From the NCBI GenBank assembly GCA_963768165.1, contig CAVYHJ010000006.1, positions 20,711-84,710 on the forward strand: a stretch of DNA of 64,000 bases. The letters run 5' to 3'. How positions within the stretch are numbered: the first letter of the stretch is position 1; each line of letters starts with the position of its first letter. Of the stretch, positions 28,357 through 36,974 are shown piece after piece. The notes under the pieces were generated by a model. The model was given only the letters and a program-made list of their open reading frames with translations. It had not been told where the DNA came from and made no database searches. The position numbers and the translations under genes were made by a program. This DNA comes from an uncultured bacterium (lineage in GTDB: Bacteria; UBP4; UBA4092).

Positions 28357-29232
28357 TTATTTTACTCCAATTTTCCAAACACCTTTTTCAAGAAACGCTT
28401 CTATAGTTTGGCGATTTGCTTTATTGATCAAATTAGAGTGGGAAAGTTTATATTTTTTGGCATACTCTGCCAGGGTCATGATGTTCGCACCTTCCAGATA
28501 CGCCAGTCTCTTGTGATAACTATTGGTAAGCGCTTTCCCAACGATTTCCTCCATAATTTTCGCAGTCTTCTTATCGTCAAATTCCCTAAACGCTTCGTAA
28601 TACATTTTTCTATCCATGAATTTAATATTCACTGGCACGAAACCTTCCCGTATCAACAAATAATTATTGATGACTCTTCCGATACGTCCATTACCGTCCA
28701 CAAAGGGATGCGTATGTTCAAAAGTAAGGTGTAATAGGGCAATCCTCTTGATAATATTTTCATGGCTGTTGGCATTATACCCTGCCATCATTTTCTCCAA
28801 TCTTCCTACGACTTCTTTGGGATCTGGCGCGATATGGTTTGCTACCCTGACCCATTCACCGTCTTTACGGAATCTTCCGGCAATATCATCTCGAATATTC
28901 GCAATCAGCATTTTGTGAAGCGACACAATTATATCCAGGGTAAGCTCTTGCTCTTTGGCTTTTGTTTGAATGTAGGACACGATCCGCGCGAGGTTTTTGG
29001 CTTCAAATATTTCTCTTTCTGTAATGTATCTATCCAAATTTATTTGTAAAAGGATTTTTTCTGTTTCTTCCAAAGTGAGAGTGCTGTTCTCTATGGCATT
29101 GGAGTTATACACTTGCTCAGCGACTTCAGCTTCATTTATTAATTGTATGAGCGCCTCTTTACCAACAACCACATTATAATAACGCTCTCGTAAACGTTGA
29201 ATTGCATTGAAGATATGTAATATTTTTGCCAT
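28357..29232 (-). CDS. Fic-family protein (AMPylase-type)
   Basis: Intact Fic motif 'HPFVDGNGRIGR'; 'VYNSNAIENSTLT'. Confidence 0.93.
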   Translation of the reverse strand: MAKILHIFNAIQRLRERYYNVVVGKEALIQLINEAEVAEQVYNSNAIENSTLTLEETEKILLQINLDRYITEREIFEAKNLARIVSYIQTKAKEQELTLDIIVSLHKMLIANIRDDIAGRFRKDGEWVRVANHIAPDPKEVVGRLEKMMAGYNANSHENIIKRIALLHLTFEHTHPFVDGNGRIGRVINNYLLIREGFVPVNIKFMDRKMYYEAFREFDDKKTAKIMEEIVGKALTNSYHKRLAYLEGANIMTLAEYAKKYKLSHSNLINKANRQTIEAFLEKGVWKIGVK

Positions 29233-29315
29233 ACCTACAGTATATACTTTTTCACTCTTTTGTCAAGATAACCGTGAATAATAGCAAAGAAAATAGTAAG
29301 TTTCACGATTTTGGA

Positions 29316-29456
29316 CTATAATTTTCCGCTAAAGGCTTTTTTCAAGACTGATTTTTTGAGTTCTTCCAAATTTACCAGTTTTTGCTGATAAATGGCTTTC
29401 TGCTTTTTAGTTTCGGTGGAAAGGGCGTCGAGTTTGGTGACCATACTGTGTTGTAA
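29316..29456 (-). pseudogene. hsdS: Type I R-M specificity subunit, 3' stub
   Basis: Hand translation 'LQHSMVTKLDALSTETKKQKAIYQQKLVNLEELKKSVLKKAFSGKL*' (TAG at 29318-29316) is the conserved HsdS C-terminal helix; not in the ORF track. Confidence 0.8.
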
Positions 29457-29489
29457 GGTCAGGGATGGAAAAGGAAATAGTTACCCAAA

Positions 29490-29955
29490 GTTACCCTCAC
29501 CCCAGACCTCTCCCAAAGGGGGGAAATGTTTGTGTAGGGGCGTGAGACATCAAGTCCAAGGTTGTCATTGTGAGGAACGAAGCAATCCCGCTTTTAGGGT
29601 TGTCATTCCCGACCCCGAGCGGGGAATCCAGTATTTTTAGAATAGGTGTTGCGTGATACACCCATAAAGGACTACACTACGCTCCGTTCAAGGACATGGA
29701 TTTAAGATATAGAAGGGAATTATTCCGTTGGAAGGTGTCTGGAAATGCTCACATATTCTACGACACTTTAGTGTACGGTTCTTGGGGCTTTAGCCCATTA
29801 TGTCTTGGACTGAAGTCCGATAACCCTCGACTAAAGTCGGGTAGAAGAAAAAAAGGACGGGATTTTAGATTGAAGATTTCATCCTTCGCTCCACTCAAGG
29901 ACATGGATTTAGGATTTAGAAGAGAATTACTCCGTTGGAAGGCATCGGGAAATCT
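29490..29955. repeat. Mosaic of several REP-like palindrome families plus a 67-bp direct repeat
   Basis: CCCTCACCCCAGACCTCTCCCAAAGGGGGG; GTAGGGGCG half-site; GTCATTGTGAGGAACGAAGCAATCCC (29564); GTCATTCCCGACCCCGAGCGGGGAATCCAG (29602-29631); GGGCTTTAGCCC; GGACTGAAGTCC; 29680-29746 vs 29887-29953 (58/67 identical). Confidence 0.75.
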
Positions 29956-29994
29956 ATTTCATTCCATTCCCGACGTAGAGAAACTTAAATACTA

Positions 29995-30174
29995 TTATTT
30001 TTTCCCTGTAGCCTGATTATTATTGGATCCTTGTCCTTTGGGAGGTTCTGCGGGTCTAGGGGTTGACGGTCTGGCGTTAATACCGCCTTTTTTAACTATG
30101 CCTTCACCTAATTTTTCCGTATCTTCATTAACTTCTATCATTTTTCTAATTTTAATTTCTTCATTATTTGACAT
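29995..30174 (-). CDS. Small Pro-rich peptide B (59 aa), unannotated
   Basis: MSNNEEIKIRKMIEVNEDTEKLGEGIVKKGGINARPSTPRPAEPPKGQGSNNNQATGKK*; AAGGA RBS; paralogue of peptide A. Confidence 0.8.
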   Translation of the reverse strand: MSNNEEIKIRKMIEVNEDTEKLGEGIVKKGGINARPSTPRPAEPPKGQGSNNNQATGKK

Positions 30175-30187
30175 ATTTATTCCTTGA

Positions 30188-30346
30188 TTACTTCTTATCT
30201 GTTACATTATTATTTGGACTTTGCCCTTTGGGTGGTTCAGCAGGTCTGGGTGTAGAAGGTCTTGAATTAAGCCCGCCCTTTTTGACTATACCCTCTTGAC
30301 CATTAAATTGGATATTTTTATTTTCGATGTTTTCATTGCTTGTCAT
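30188..30346 (-). CDS. Small Pro-rich peptide A (52 aa), unannotated
   Basis: MTSNENIENKNIQFNGQEGIVKKGGLNSRPSTPRPAEPPKGQSPNNNVTDKK*; AGGAGG RBS at the stop of the upstream gene. Confidence 0.82.
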   Translation of the reverse strand: MTSNENIENKNIQFNGQEGIVKKGGLNSRPSTPRPAEPPKGQSPNNNVTDKK

Positions 30347-30357
30347 GCAAAAACCTC

Positions 30358-31014
30358 CTATTTTCTAGGTCTATCTTTATATTCAGTATAACCTAAATTA
30401 GGAAATTCTACAATCAAAAACTCTCGTTTTCTTGGTATATATAGTCCCGGTGTTTCATATAATGGGTCGCCTGTTGAGTTCCTAAATACTTTAACATCCC
30501 GAAGAAATAATTCGTGTTCTTCAGTGCTGTCTGAAAACGCCATTACCCATCCCTCATACATTAAGTCATTTTGTATATCCCGAACTACAACCCATTCTGG
30601 AATCCCTGTGTTCATGAGATAACTCCAAACACCTACATCACCAAATTTTTTAGATACCGAAAGTTTGTGGGCAATCCTGTGTAAAAACTTATGATTGCTT
30701 ATAAAGGAAAAAAGAAATCCTATAGGGAACGATAAAATTGTTGCCCAAAGTATCTCTTTTAAATCTGGTTTTATAGAATTATCTGTCAGGCTTTTAAAAA
30801 ATGATAATTCAATATGAAAAGGTAAGAAGAACGATATTATAGAAACAACGAAGGAATATCCCATATAGCAAATAAAGCCATATAAGAGAGAATAAAATAC
30901 TTTATCGTGAAACACTGTTTCTTTATGAATGGTTAATTTATCAACAATATAAAAGGTAATAAGTCCCGGTATAAAGATTAGTATCAACCGAAAAGTAAAT
31001 TCAGATATTTCCAT
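30358..31014 (-). CDS. DUF6338-like membrane protein (N-terminal TM helices, C-terminal beta domain)
   Basis: 'LILIFIPGLI', about three TM helices, 'VWSYLM...EWVVVRD...YEGWVMAFSD...LFLRDVKVF'; AGGAGG RBS. Confidence 0.7.
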   Translation of the reverse strand: MEISEFTFRLILIFIPGLITFYIVDKLTIHKETVFHDKVFYSLLYGFICYMGYSFVVSIISFFLPFHIELSFFKSLTDNSIKPDLKEILWATILSFPIGFLFSFISNHKFLHRIAHKLSVSKKFGDVGVWSYLMNTGIPEWVVVRDIQNDLMYEGWVMAFSDSTEEHELFLRDVKVFRNSTGDPLYETPGLYIPRKREFLIVEFPNLGYTEYKDRPRK

Positions 31015-31026
31015 TTTTTTAACCTC

Positions 31027-33894
31027 CTATTTAGTTCCATCATTTATAATCTTAATTTCCTCATCTGTCAAGCCGTACAATTCATAAACCAATTGGTCAA
31101 TTTGGTTATCAGTGGTGGTGATTTGGCGTTGGAGGGATTCTTTGTCATGGGGTGTTTTGGCTTTGGGTAATTGTTGATTTAATTCCAGCATTCGGTCTAC
31201 CAGTTTCACCATTCTGTCATGACGGAGGTCCTCCTTTTTCATAACAGGGATTGGCAAACGCCTTAATTCTGCAAGTGTGGTTTGACGAAAATCATCTTTT
31301 GTAGCAATAGAAGAAGTATTAATATACAAATAAGAGATCAATCTGCTATTTATAATACCTAATACAAAAAGCGGGTTCCACTCTGGTTTTGTAATAATAA
31401 ATGGATTAATATCTTTCTTGAAAACCATCTTTTGGTCTATGTAGGCAGCCATCAACCTGTCTTGTCTATTAATGACTCTTCTAATTAAGATTTTGGGATT
31501 CTTTTCATAAAACACTTTCAAAGACGGTTTGTCATTAAGGTCTGTATAAAGTATTTGATTAAATTCCAAGAGGTATCTGTAAACTTGACCGCTTTCAAGG
31601 AATGGATATAAATTCTTGCTTCCCTTTTTATTTTCTTTCTCAAATCTATTGCCAGCTAAACCTTGAGTTGACATAGTAAAACTTCCTAAAGATACATATT
31701 TTGAGTTATCTAACAGGCGATTAATAATTGTTTGTGTTTCAGGCTCCAGGACAACCTTATAATCTGGTGCTTTAACAAGTTCTGTTGGCACTTCAGTATA
31801 TTTAAGATTCCCAAGATTAGGAGATTTCTCCTTTTTTGGGAAGCGAAAAATAGAATATTTGTTTACCGGGCTTCCCGATAAGATATAAATACCTGTATCA
31901 ACATAGGCGTTTTTGAATACATCAAAAGGCAAGTTGATAAGAGTTGTAACTCCTGTTTTAGTAAACATGTATTTTCTAAGCTTATTAAAGTTTTCACCTG
32001 TCCACCAAGTTAAGGAAGATATGAAGCCCAAGCGACCAGAGGATTTAAGCTTTTTCAAAAGTGCCAAAATAAAAATAATAGAAGAATCATACTTTCTTTC
32101 TAATTCAGAATAATGATCTTGGTAATATATTCTTTGTTCATCAGTCATCATTTCTATTGGAATATACGGTGGATTTCCGATGACAGCATCAAACCCACTA
32201 GATTTCATGATGTCGGGGAATTCGGTGTTCCAGTCGAAGACGTTGATACGATATTTTTCTTCTTCATCAATGAGGAGTAATTGTTGATTGTCATAGAAAT
32301 CGGGACCGATGAGGGAGTTACCGCATTTGATATTTTTGCCGAGGTCGGGGAGGGCGCGTTCATGGAGTAATTGTAATTGTTTTTCTAACGTTTGTTCATT
32401 TTCTCCTTCGAGGACTTTGAGGAGGAGGGAGAGTTTGGTGACTTCAACGGCTTGGGTGTCAATATCCACGCCATAGATATTATTGAGAAGAATTCTTTTT
32501 CGTTCCTGCGTGGTCAAACGCCATCCGCCTGTTGCGGTTTGATGAACGGCAGAGGATTTTTCGGGGTTATTGTCCATATAATATTTCAAATGCCAATCGA
32601 GGAGATATTGATAGGCACCTAAAAGAAAAGAACCGGAACCGCAGGCGGGGTCAAGGATTTTTAATTTGGCGACCTGTTTGGGGGTAGAGACGTAACATGT
32701 TACGTCTCTACGGTTAGGGTCATCACCCAATAATTTTCCTACGGTATTTTTCACAATGTAATCCACGATATAGGTCGGGGTATAGTAGACGCCTCCGGCT
32801 TTTTTGACTTCGGGTTTATCATCAACAACGGCATGATGGGCATCGGTTAAACGAATGACTTTGCCGAGGAATTGTTCGTAGACTTGTCCGAGAATATCGC
32901 TGGGAAGAACTGAGAATTCATAAGGACTGTCGGGGTAATATAGTGAAGTAATGATTTCCTTGAGAGGTTTGTCGTCTATTTTTAGATGAAGGGTCAATTC
33001 ATCGGGTTGTTCAGACCGGTCTTTTTCTTTGGAGAAATGAAATAAGCCGGAATTATAGCGTTCATCGGCACGTTCAAAGTATTCACAGAGACGCGGATAA
33101 ACTCTTTCCCCATTAGTCAAAGCTCTTAATTTACCATACTCTTCAATGCTCCGGTCTTCGCAAATTCTGAGGAAGATAATGCGGTCAATGGTGCACTGAA
33201 CGGCGAAATTAAGGTCTCGGGGAGATAGTTTAAGATTTCGTAGAGCAATATTTTTGGCTAAGGAGTCCCGCCAAGATTCAATTTCCTCAAGAAAAGCATC
33301 GTCCACCTCAGCAGTGCCTTTTTTGGCTTTGGTGGATTCAACGTATTTATCGAAAGAACCTTTGAGAATGGCATCGAGGGAAAAAGTGGAATAAATCTCC
33401 TCCCAATTTTTAAGGTATTCTTCATAGGTCAGGTATTTAATTCGAGCGGTGGCAGGTTTATCCGATATCACAGGACGGATGCGGGTGTCATAGACAACAA
33501 ATTCTTTAAAGTCGGTAAGGATACTTAACGGAAGTTTGGCAGACCACGCATAACGGCGAAGTTGAAACGCGGGACTGATGTCGTCTTTGAGATTGACGGA
33601 CGGGCGTTTGGCTTCAAGGAAGAATTTACTGGTTCCCCCGATTCGAAAACAATAATCCGGGGCTTTGGTTTCCGTACCGACTTTGACAGCGGGTTCGTGA
33701 ATGACATATTTATACGCTTCAGCCAATCCTTGTTTATTGTCCATGTCCCAGCCCAGCAGGGTAAAGAAAGGGTTAATGAATTCCTGTCGAACCTGTGTTT
33801 CGTTATATTGCCCGGAGGTATAGGAATCTTTATTCCGGTCAAAACGTTCGACCAGATCAATTAATTCTTTTGGCGTATCCAGTATCCCTGACAT
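31027..33894 (-). CDS. Type IIG (Eco57I-like) fused restriction endonuclease/N6-adenine methyltransferase
   Basis: N-terminal nuclease 'PDYCF...FFLEAKRP'; motif I 'ILDPACGSGSFL'; motif IV 'VIGNPPY'; TaqI_C-like tail. Confidence 0.9.
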   Translation of the reverse strand: MSGILDTPKELIDLVERFDRNKDSYTSGQYNETQVRQEFINPFFTLLGWDMDNKQGLAEAYKYVIHEPAVKVGTETKAPDYCFRIGGTSKFFLEAKRPSVNLKDDISPAFQLRRYAWSAKLPLSILTDFKEFVVYDTRIRPVISDKPATARIKYLTYEEYLKNWEEIYSTFSLDAILKGSFDKYVESTKAKKGTAEVDDAFLEEIESWRDSLAKNIALRNLKLSPRDLNFAVQCTIDRIIFLRICEDRSIEEYGKLRALTNGERVYPRLCEYFERADERYNSGLFHFSKEKDRSEQPDELTLHLKIDDKPLKEIITSLYYPDSPYEFSVLPSDILGQVYEQFLGKVIRLTDAHHAVVDDKPEVKKAGGVYYTPTYIVDYIVKNTVGKLLGDDPNRRDVTCYVSTPKQVAKLKILDPACGSGSFLLGAYQYLLDWHLKYYMDNNPEKSSAVHQTATGGWRLTTQERKRILLNNIYGVDIDTQAVEVTKLSLLLKVLEGENEQTLEKQLQLLHERALPDLGKNIKCGNSLIGPDFYDNQQLLLIDEEEKYRINVFDWNTEFPDIMKSSGFDAVIGNPPYIPIEMMTDEQRIYYQDHYSELERKYDSSIIFILALLKKLKSSGRLGFISSLTWWTGENFNKLRKYMFTKTGVTTLINLPFDVFKNAYVDTGIYILSGSPVNKYSIFRFPKKEKSPNLGNLKYTEVPTELVKAPDYKVVLEPETQTIINRLLDNSKYVSLGSFTMSTQGLAGNRFEKENKKGSKNLYPFLESGQVYRYLLEFNQILYTDLNDKPSLKVFYEKNPKILIRRVINRQDRLMAAYIDQKMVFKKDINPFIITKPEWNPLFVLGIINSRLISYLYINTSSIATKDDFRQTTLAELRRLPIPVMKKEDLRHDRMVKLVDRMLELNQQLPKAKTPHDKESLQRQITTTDNQIDQLVYELYGLTDEEIKIINDGTK
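32684..32711. repeat. 28-bp palindrome copy inside the R-M gene
   Basis: Identical to 7849-7876; read in frame as ...RRDVTCYVST... Confidence 0.92.
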
Positions 33895-33944
33895 TTTGAT
33901 AGGTATAGTTTTATTGATTGGAGAAGAAATGTCAAGGGTAAAGA

Positions 33945-34034
33945 CTGGATTCCCTGATTAAATCGGGGAATGACGGGGTGGAGGGGAAAGCGAGATCACC
34001 ACGCACGCTCGTGATGACAAAGTACTAGATTCCC
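33945..34034 (+). repeat. ~90-bp composite REP-like unit, left copy
   Basis: CTGGATTCC..GGAATGAC + GGGGTGGAGGGGAAAGC + GAGATCACCACGCACGCTCGTGATGAC + AAAGTACTAGATTCC; direct repeat of 36038-36128. Confidence 0.85.
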
Positions 34035-34040
34035 GCTTTC

Positions 34041-35706
34041 GAGACTGTGTCATAATGGGGAACAAAATTAATAAGAGGGATGTTTTAGAGGGAAAGGAGG
34101 AGAGCATGGCATATCGTTACGGGAATCGAAGGCAGGAGATGTTACTTCCAGAAAGTATTGAAGATTATGTGAGAGAGGAGGACCCGGTACGCGCCTACGA
34201 TGCGTTTGTGGATACATTGGATGTATCGGAATTGGGGGTTGTCTTGGAGGAGAATCCAATAGGACCTCCCGCATATGATCCGGTGAGCATGTTGAAACTT
34301 TTAGTGTATGGCTATTCCTATGGGATTCGTAGTTCGCGGAAGTTGGAACGAGCGGTGTATCATAACTTGTCATTTATCTGGTTAGTGGGAGGATTACGTC
34401 CGGATCACAAGACGATTTCATCCTTTCGACGAAAGCACCGGAAAGCGTTGGCAAAGGTGCTGGGACAATGTGCCTGGATGTGCCTGCGCTTGGGTCTGGT
34501 AGAAGGGAATGTACTTTTTGTGGATGGAACCAAAATCCGAGCCAATGCCTCCTTAGACCAGACGTGGGATGGGAAACGCTGTGAGCATGCCCTGTCCGAG
34601 ATAGACCACCGGGTAGAACAACTTTTGAGAGACATTGACAGTGTCGATCAGCAGGAAGAAGGGCAGGAATCTTGGGTACGCATGAGCGCGGCGTTAGCGG
34701 ATCAACAAGAGTTGCGGCGGAAGGTGGAAGAGATAGCCCAAGGCTTGAAAAGGAGAAAAAATCCAAAGGTGGGAACGGCTCCGCTGAATGTGGTCGATCC
34801 CGATAGTCGTCGGATCAAGAAGAGCGGTGAAACTCTTCAGGGATATAACGGACAAATGGTCTGCGATGAAAAACATGGACTGATCGTTTCGACAGATGTC
34901 GTCAATATGCCCAATGACACCCAACAGTTCGCCACCCAGATTCAGCAAGCCGAAGGGAATCTAGGACACGTCTGCTCCACCGCGGTGGCCGATGCGGGAT
35001 ACTACAATACCCAGACGTTGCGGGAAGTGACTCAGAAGGGAACCCAGGTGATTGTTCCGACTCCGCGAACGGGGAATGCCTGGGGCACTCCGGAAGCTTT
35101 TGAGAAGCGTGTCTTTCGTTATGATTCGGAACAAGATTGTTACTGGTGTCCCCAGGGATATCGTTTGAAGTGGATCAAGCAGGATCGTCGACGGGCCGGT
35201 CACGTGTATACCATTGAGAAAGTCGAATATTGTCGTGCCTGTCCTCAGTGGGGAGTCTGTACCCAGGCCAAGGCGGGACGTTCCATTGTACGTCTGGAAC
35301 AGGAAGAACTCCGAGAAACATTACGCCAACAGTTTGAACAACCAGAAACTAAAAAAGTGTTTGCCCGACGCAAAGCCGTCGTGGAACATCCCTTTGGTCA
35401 TTTAAAAAGAAACTTGGGAATGAGAACCTTTCTCCTGCGAGGATTTCTGGGGGTCAAAGCCGAGTTTGCTTTGGGAGCCACCGCTTTTAATCTGACCCGG
35501 ATGCTCCGTTTGTTGGGTGGAACCACGGCTTTCCGCAGGGCTCTCCAAACGGGATAATATCGTGAAAAAACCGCTCCCCCGTATTCCCCTATAAAAAAAC
35601 AAGGTGCTTTTGTAACTGTTTTTCTAAATTGGCACAGGGATATTTTGTAATCATAACATTAGAGAACTTTGAACCCTCTTTTGTAAACTTATTATGACAC
35701 AGTCTC
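34041..35706 (+). mobile_element. IS1182-family insertion sequence (1666 bp)
   Basis: Perfect 16-bp terminal IR GAGACTGTGTCATAAT (34041-34056) / ATTATGACACAGTCTC (35691-35706) around the transposase. Confidence 0.92.
34106..35557 (+). CDS. IS1182-family transposase
   Basis: AGGAGG RBS then ATG 34106; 'GPPAYDPVSMLKLLVYGYSYGIRSSRKLE', 'PDHKTISSFR', 'VDGTKIRANAS', 'ADAGYY', 'VEHPFGHLK'. Confidence 0.93.
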   Translation: MAYRYGNRRQEMLLPESIEDYVREEDPVRAYDAFVDTLDVSELGVVLEENPIGPPAYDPVSMLKLLVYGYSYGIRSSRKLERAVYHNLSFIWLVGGLRPDHKTISSFRRKHRKALAKVLGQCAWMCLRLGLVEGNVLFVDGTKIRANASLDQTWDGKRCEHALSEIDHRVEQLLRDIDSVDQQEEGQESWVRMSAALADQQELRRKVEEIAQGLKRRKNPKVGTAPLNVVDPDSRRIKKSGETLQGYNGQMVCDEKHGLIVSTDVVNMPNDTQQFATQIQQAEGNLGHVCSTAVADAGYYNTQTLREVTQKGTQVIVPTPRTGNAWGTPEAFEKRVFRYDSEQDCYWCPQGYRLKWIKQDRRRAGHVYTIEKVEYCRACPQWGVCTQAKAGRSIVRLEQEELRETLRQQFEQPETKKVFARRKAVVEHPFGHLKRNLGMRTFLLRGFLGVKAEFALGATAFNLTRMLRLLGGTTAFRRALQTG

Positions 35707-35736
35707 GCAAAAGGGAATCCAGTATTATATAAGCTT

Positions 35737-36033
35737 ATGAAAGAATATTATGTTTACATTCTTGCCAGTCAACGAAATGGGACTTTATACATTGGGATGA
35801 CAAATGATTTATTGCGCAGGGTGAAAGAACATAAAGAGGATATCCAAGAAGGGTTCACGAAAAAATATCAAGTCCATCAATTAGTTTATTATGAATCCAC
35901 GAATGATCCAACCATAGCGATCAATAGGGAAAAGCAATTGAAACATTGGAATCGAAAATGGAAATTGGATTTAATTGAGTCGGAAAATCCTGAGTGGAAG
36001 GATTTGTATTATGAAGAATTAGGTGGTAAATAA
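35737..36033 (+). CDS. Small GIY-YIG nuclease (YhbQ-like)
   Basis: 'YYVYILASQRNGTLYIGMTNDLLRRVKEHK', 'AINREKQLKHWNRKWKLDLIE..NPEWKDL'. Confidence 0.93.
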   Translation: MKEYYVYILASQRNGTLYIGMTNDLLRRVKEHKEDIQEGFTKKYQVHQLVYYESTNDPTIAINREKQLKHWNRKWKLDLIESENPEWKDLYYEELGGK

Positions 36034-36037
36034 AAAT

Positions 36038-36145
36038 CTGGATTCTCGATCGGAGTCGAGAATGACGGGGTGGGAGGGGAAAGCGAGATCACCACGCTAC
36101 GCTCGTGATGACAAAGTACTGGATTCCTGCCTGCGCAGGAATGAC
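36038..36145 (+). repeat. ~90-bp composite REP-like unit, right copy, plus terminal palindrome
   Basis: Direct repeat of 33945-34034; ends in CTGGATTCCTGCCTGCGCAGGAATGAC (36119-36145). Confidence 0.85.
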
Positions 36146-36913
36146 GGAATAAGAGGGTGAGGGTGACAAATTCTAGCAGTCTCAAGCCTCAAGTCTCAGG
36201 TTTCAAGTTAAAAATGAGAATCTAAAAGTATGTCAAAATGGCATAGCTAAATTTGCGATTTAAGGGGCATAAAATGTCTCAAAATTGGGTATGAGTTATC
36301 TACGTACCAACTCCCTACCAACTCCGTATTAACTCCCATTGAAAAACAGTGATGAATCGGTTCGGGACTTGATTTGAGATTCTTTCAGGTAGATTTATTG
36401 TCTATAGGTTGGTTTTGAGTGGTTTCTAAAGGTTTTAAAAGTGGATGCGATTATTTTTGGAAAAAGATATAGATTTAGAAACGAGTGAGTGGTTTAGGTT
36501 TCCCTGAATTTGAACCAATTTTCGTAGGGGAATTGGAGAAAGGCATCCATGAAATCGATACAGGATAAAAATGTAACGATTAGAGGAAGCATCAGGAATA
36601 GGTGGAACAAAAGTTCCTGATGCATCCAAATCGATTGATTCTGGCAATAGGTTCAGAGCAAAGTTGCCCATATCAACTCTGCTAACTATAATAAAATCAA
36701 TCTCTTTTCAAAGTCGTCCTGTGCGACTCTGAAAACTCTCGGCATTACCCACAATTTCAAGTTTGCCATTGGCGAATTTGAAAATTGTCTTCCTTGTCGA
36801 CACTTTACTCAGGAATTCGCGGAAAGAATGAAAAACTCTCAGCACTGCGGACACTTATTCCACCATCTCATGGAAATCTTAAGCGTGCCAATTTGGCATT
36901 TGGAATGGAGAAC

Positions 36914-36942
36914 GAGCGGAATTAAAAAAAGCAATTCCGCTC
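36914..36942 (-). terminator. Hairpin downstream of the HD-GYP gene
   Basis: 10-bp stem GAGCGGAATT/AATTCCGCTC; no clear U-tract on the minus strand. Confidence 0.3.
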
Positions 36943-36974
36943 ATGCGCCGGAAGTTTAATGTGGAGAGAAAGGG

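Noticed and set aside
29680-29953. Two 67-bp copies as a mini CRISPR array
   Set aside because: Repeat too long, only two copies, and the 140-bp interval consists of palindromes.
29392-30016. ORFs 29392-29640 and 29696-30016 (+)
   Set aside because: They read through REP-like palindromes, the antisense hsdS stub and the 67-bp repeat; no RBS or family signal.
36150-36910. ORF 36435-36671, short heptamer-like repeats (CTCAAG, ACCAACTCC) and an open start-less frame at ~36680-36960
   Set aside because: No RBS, motif or family recognised; repeats too short and irregular to interpret.
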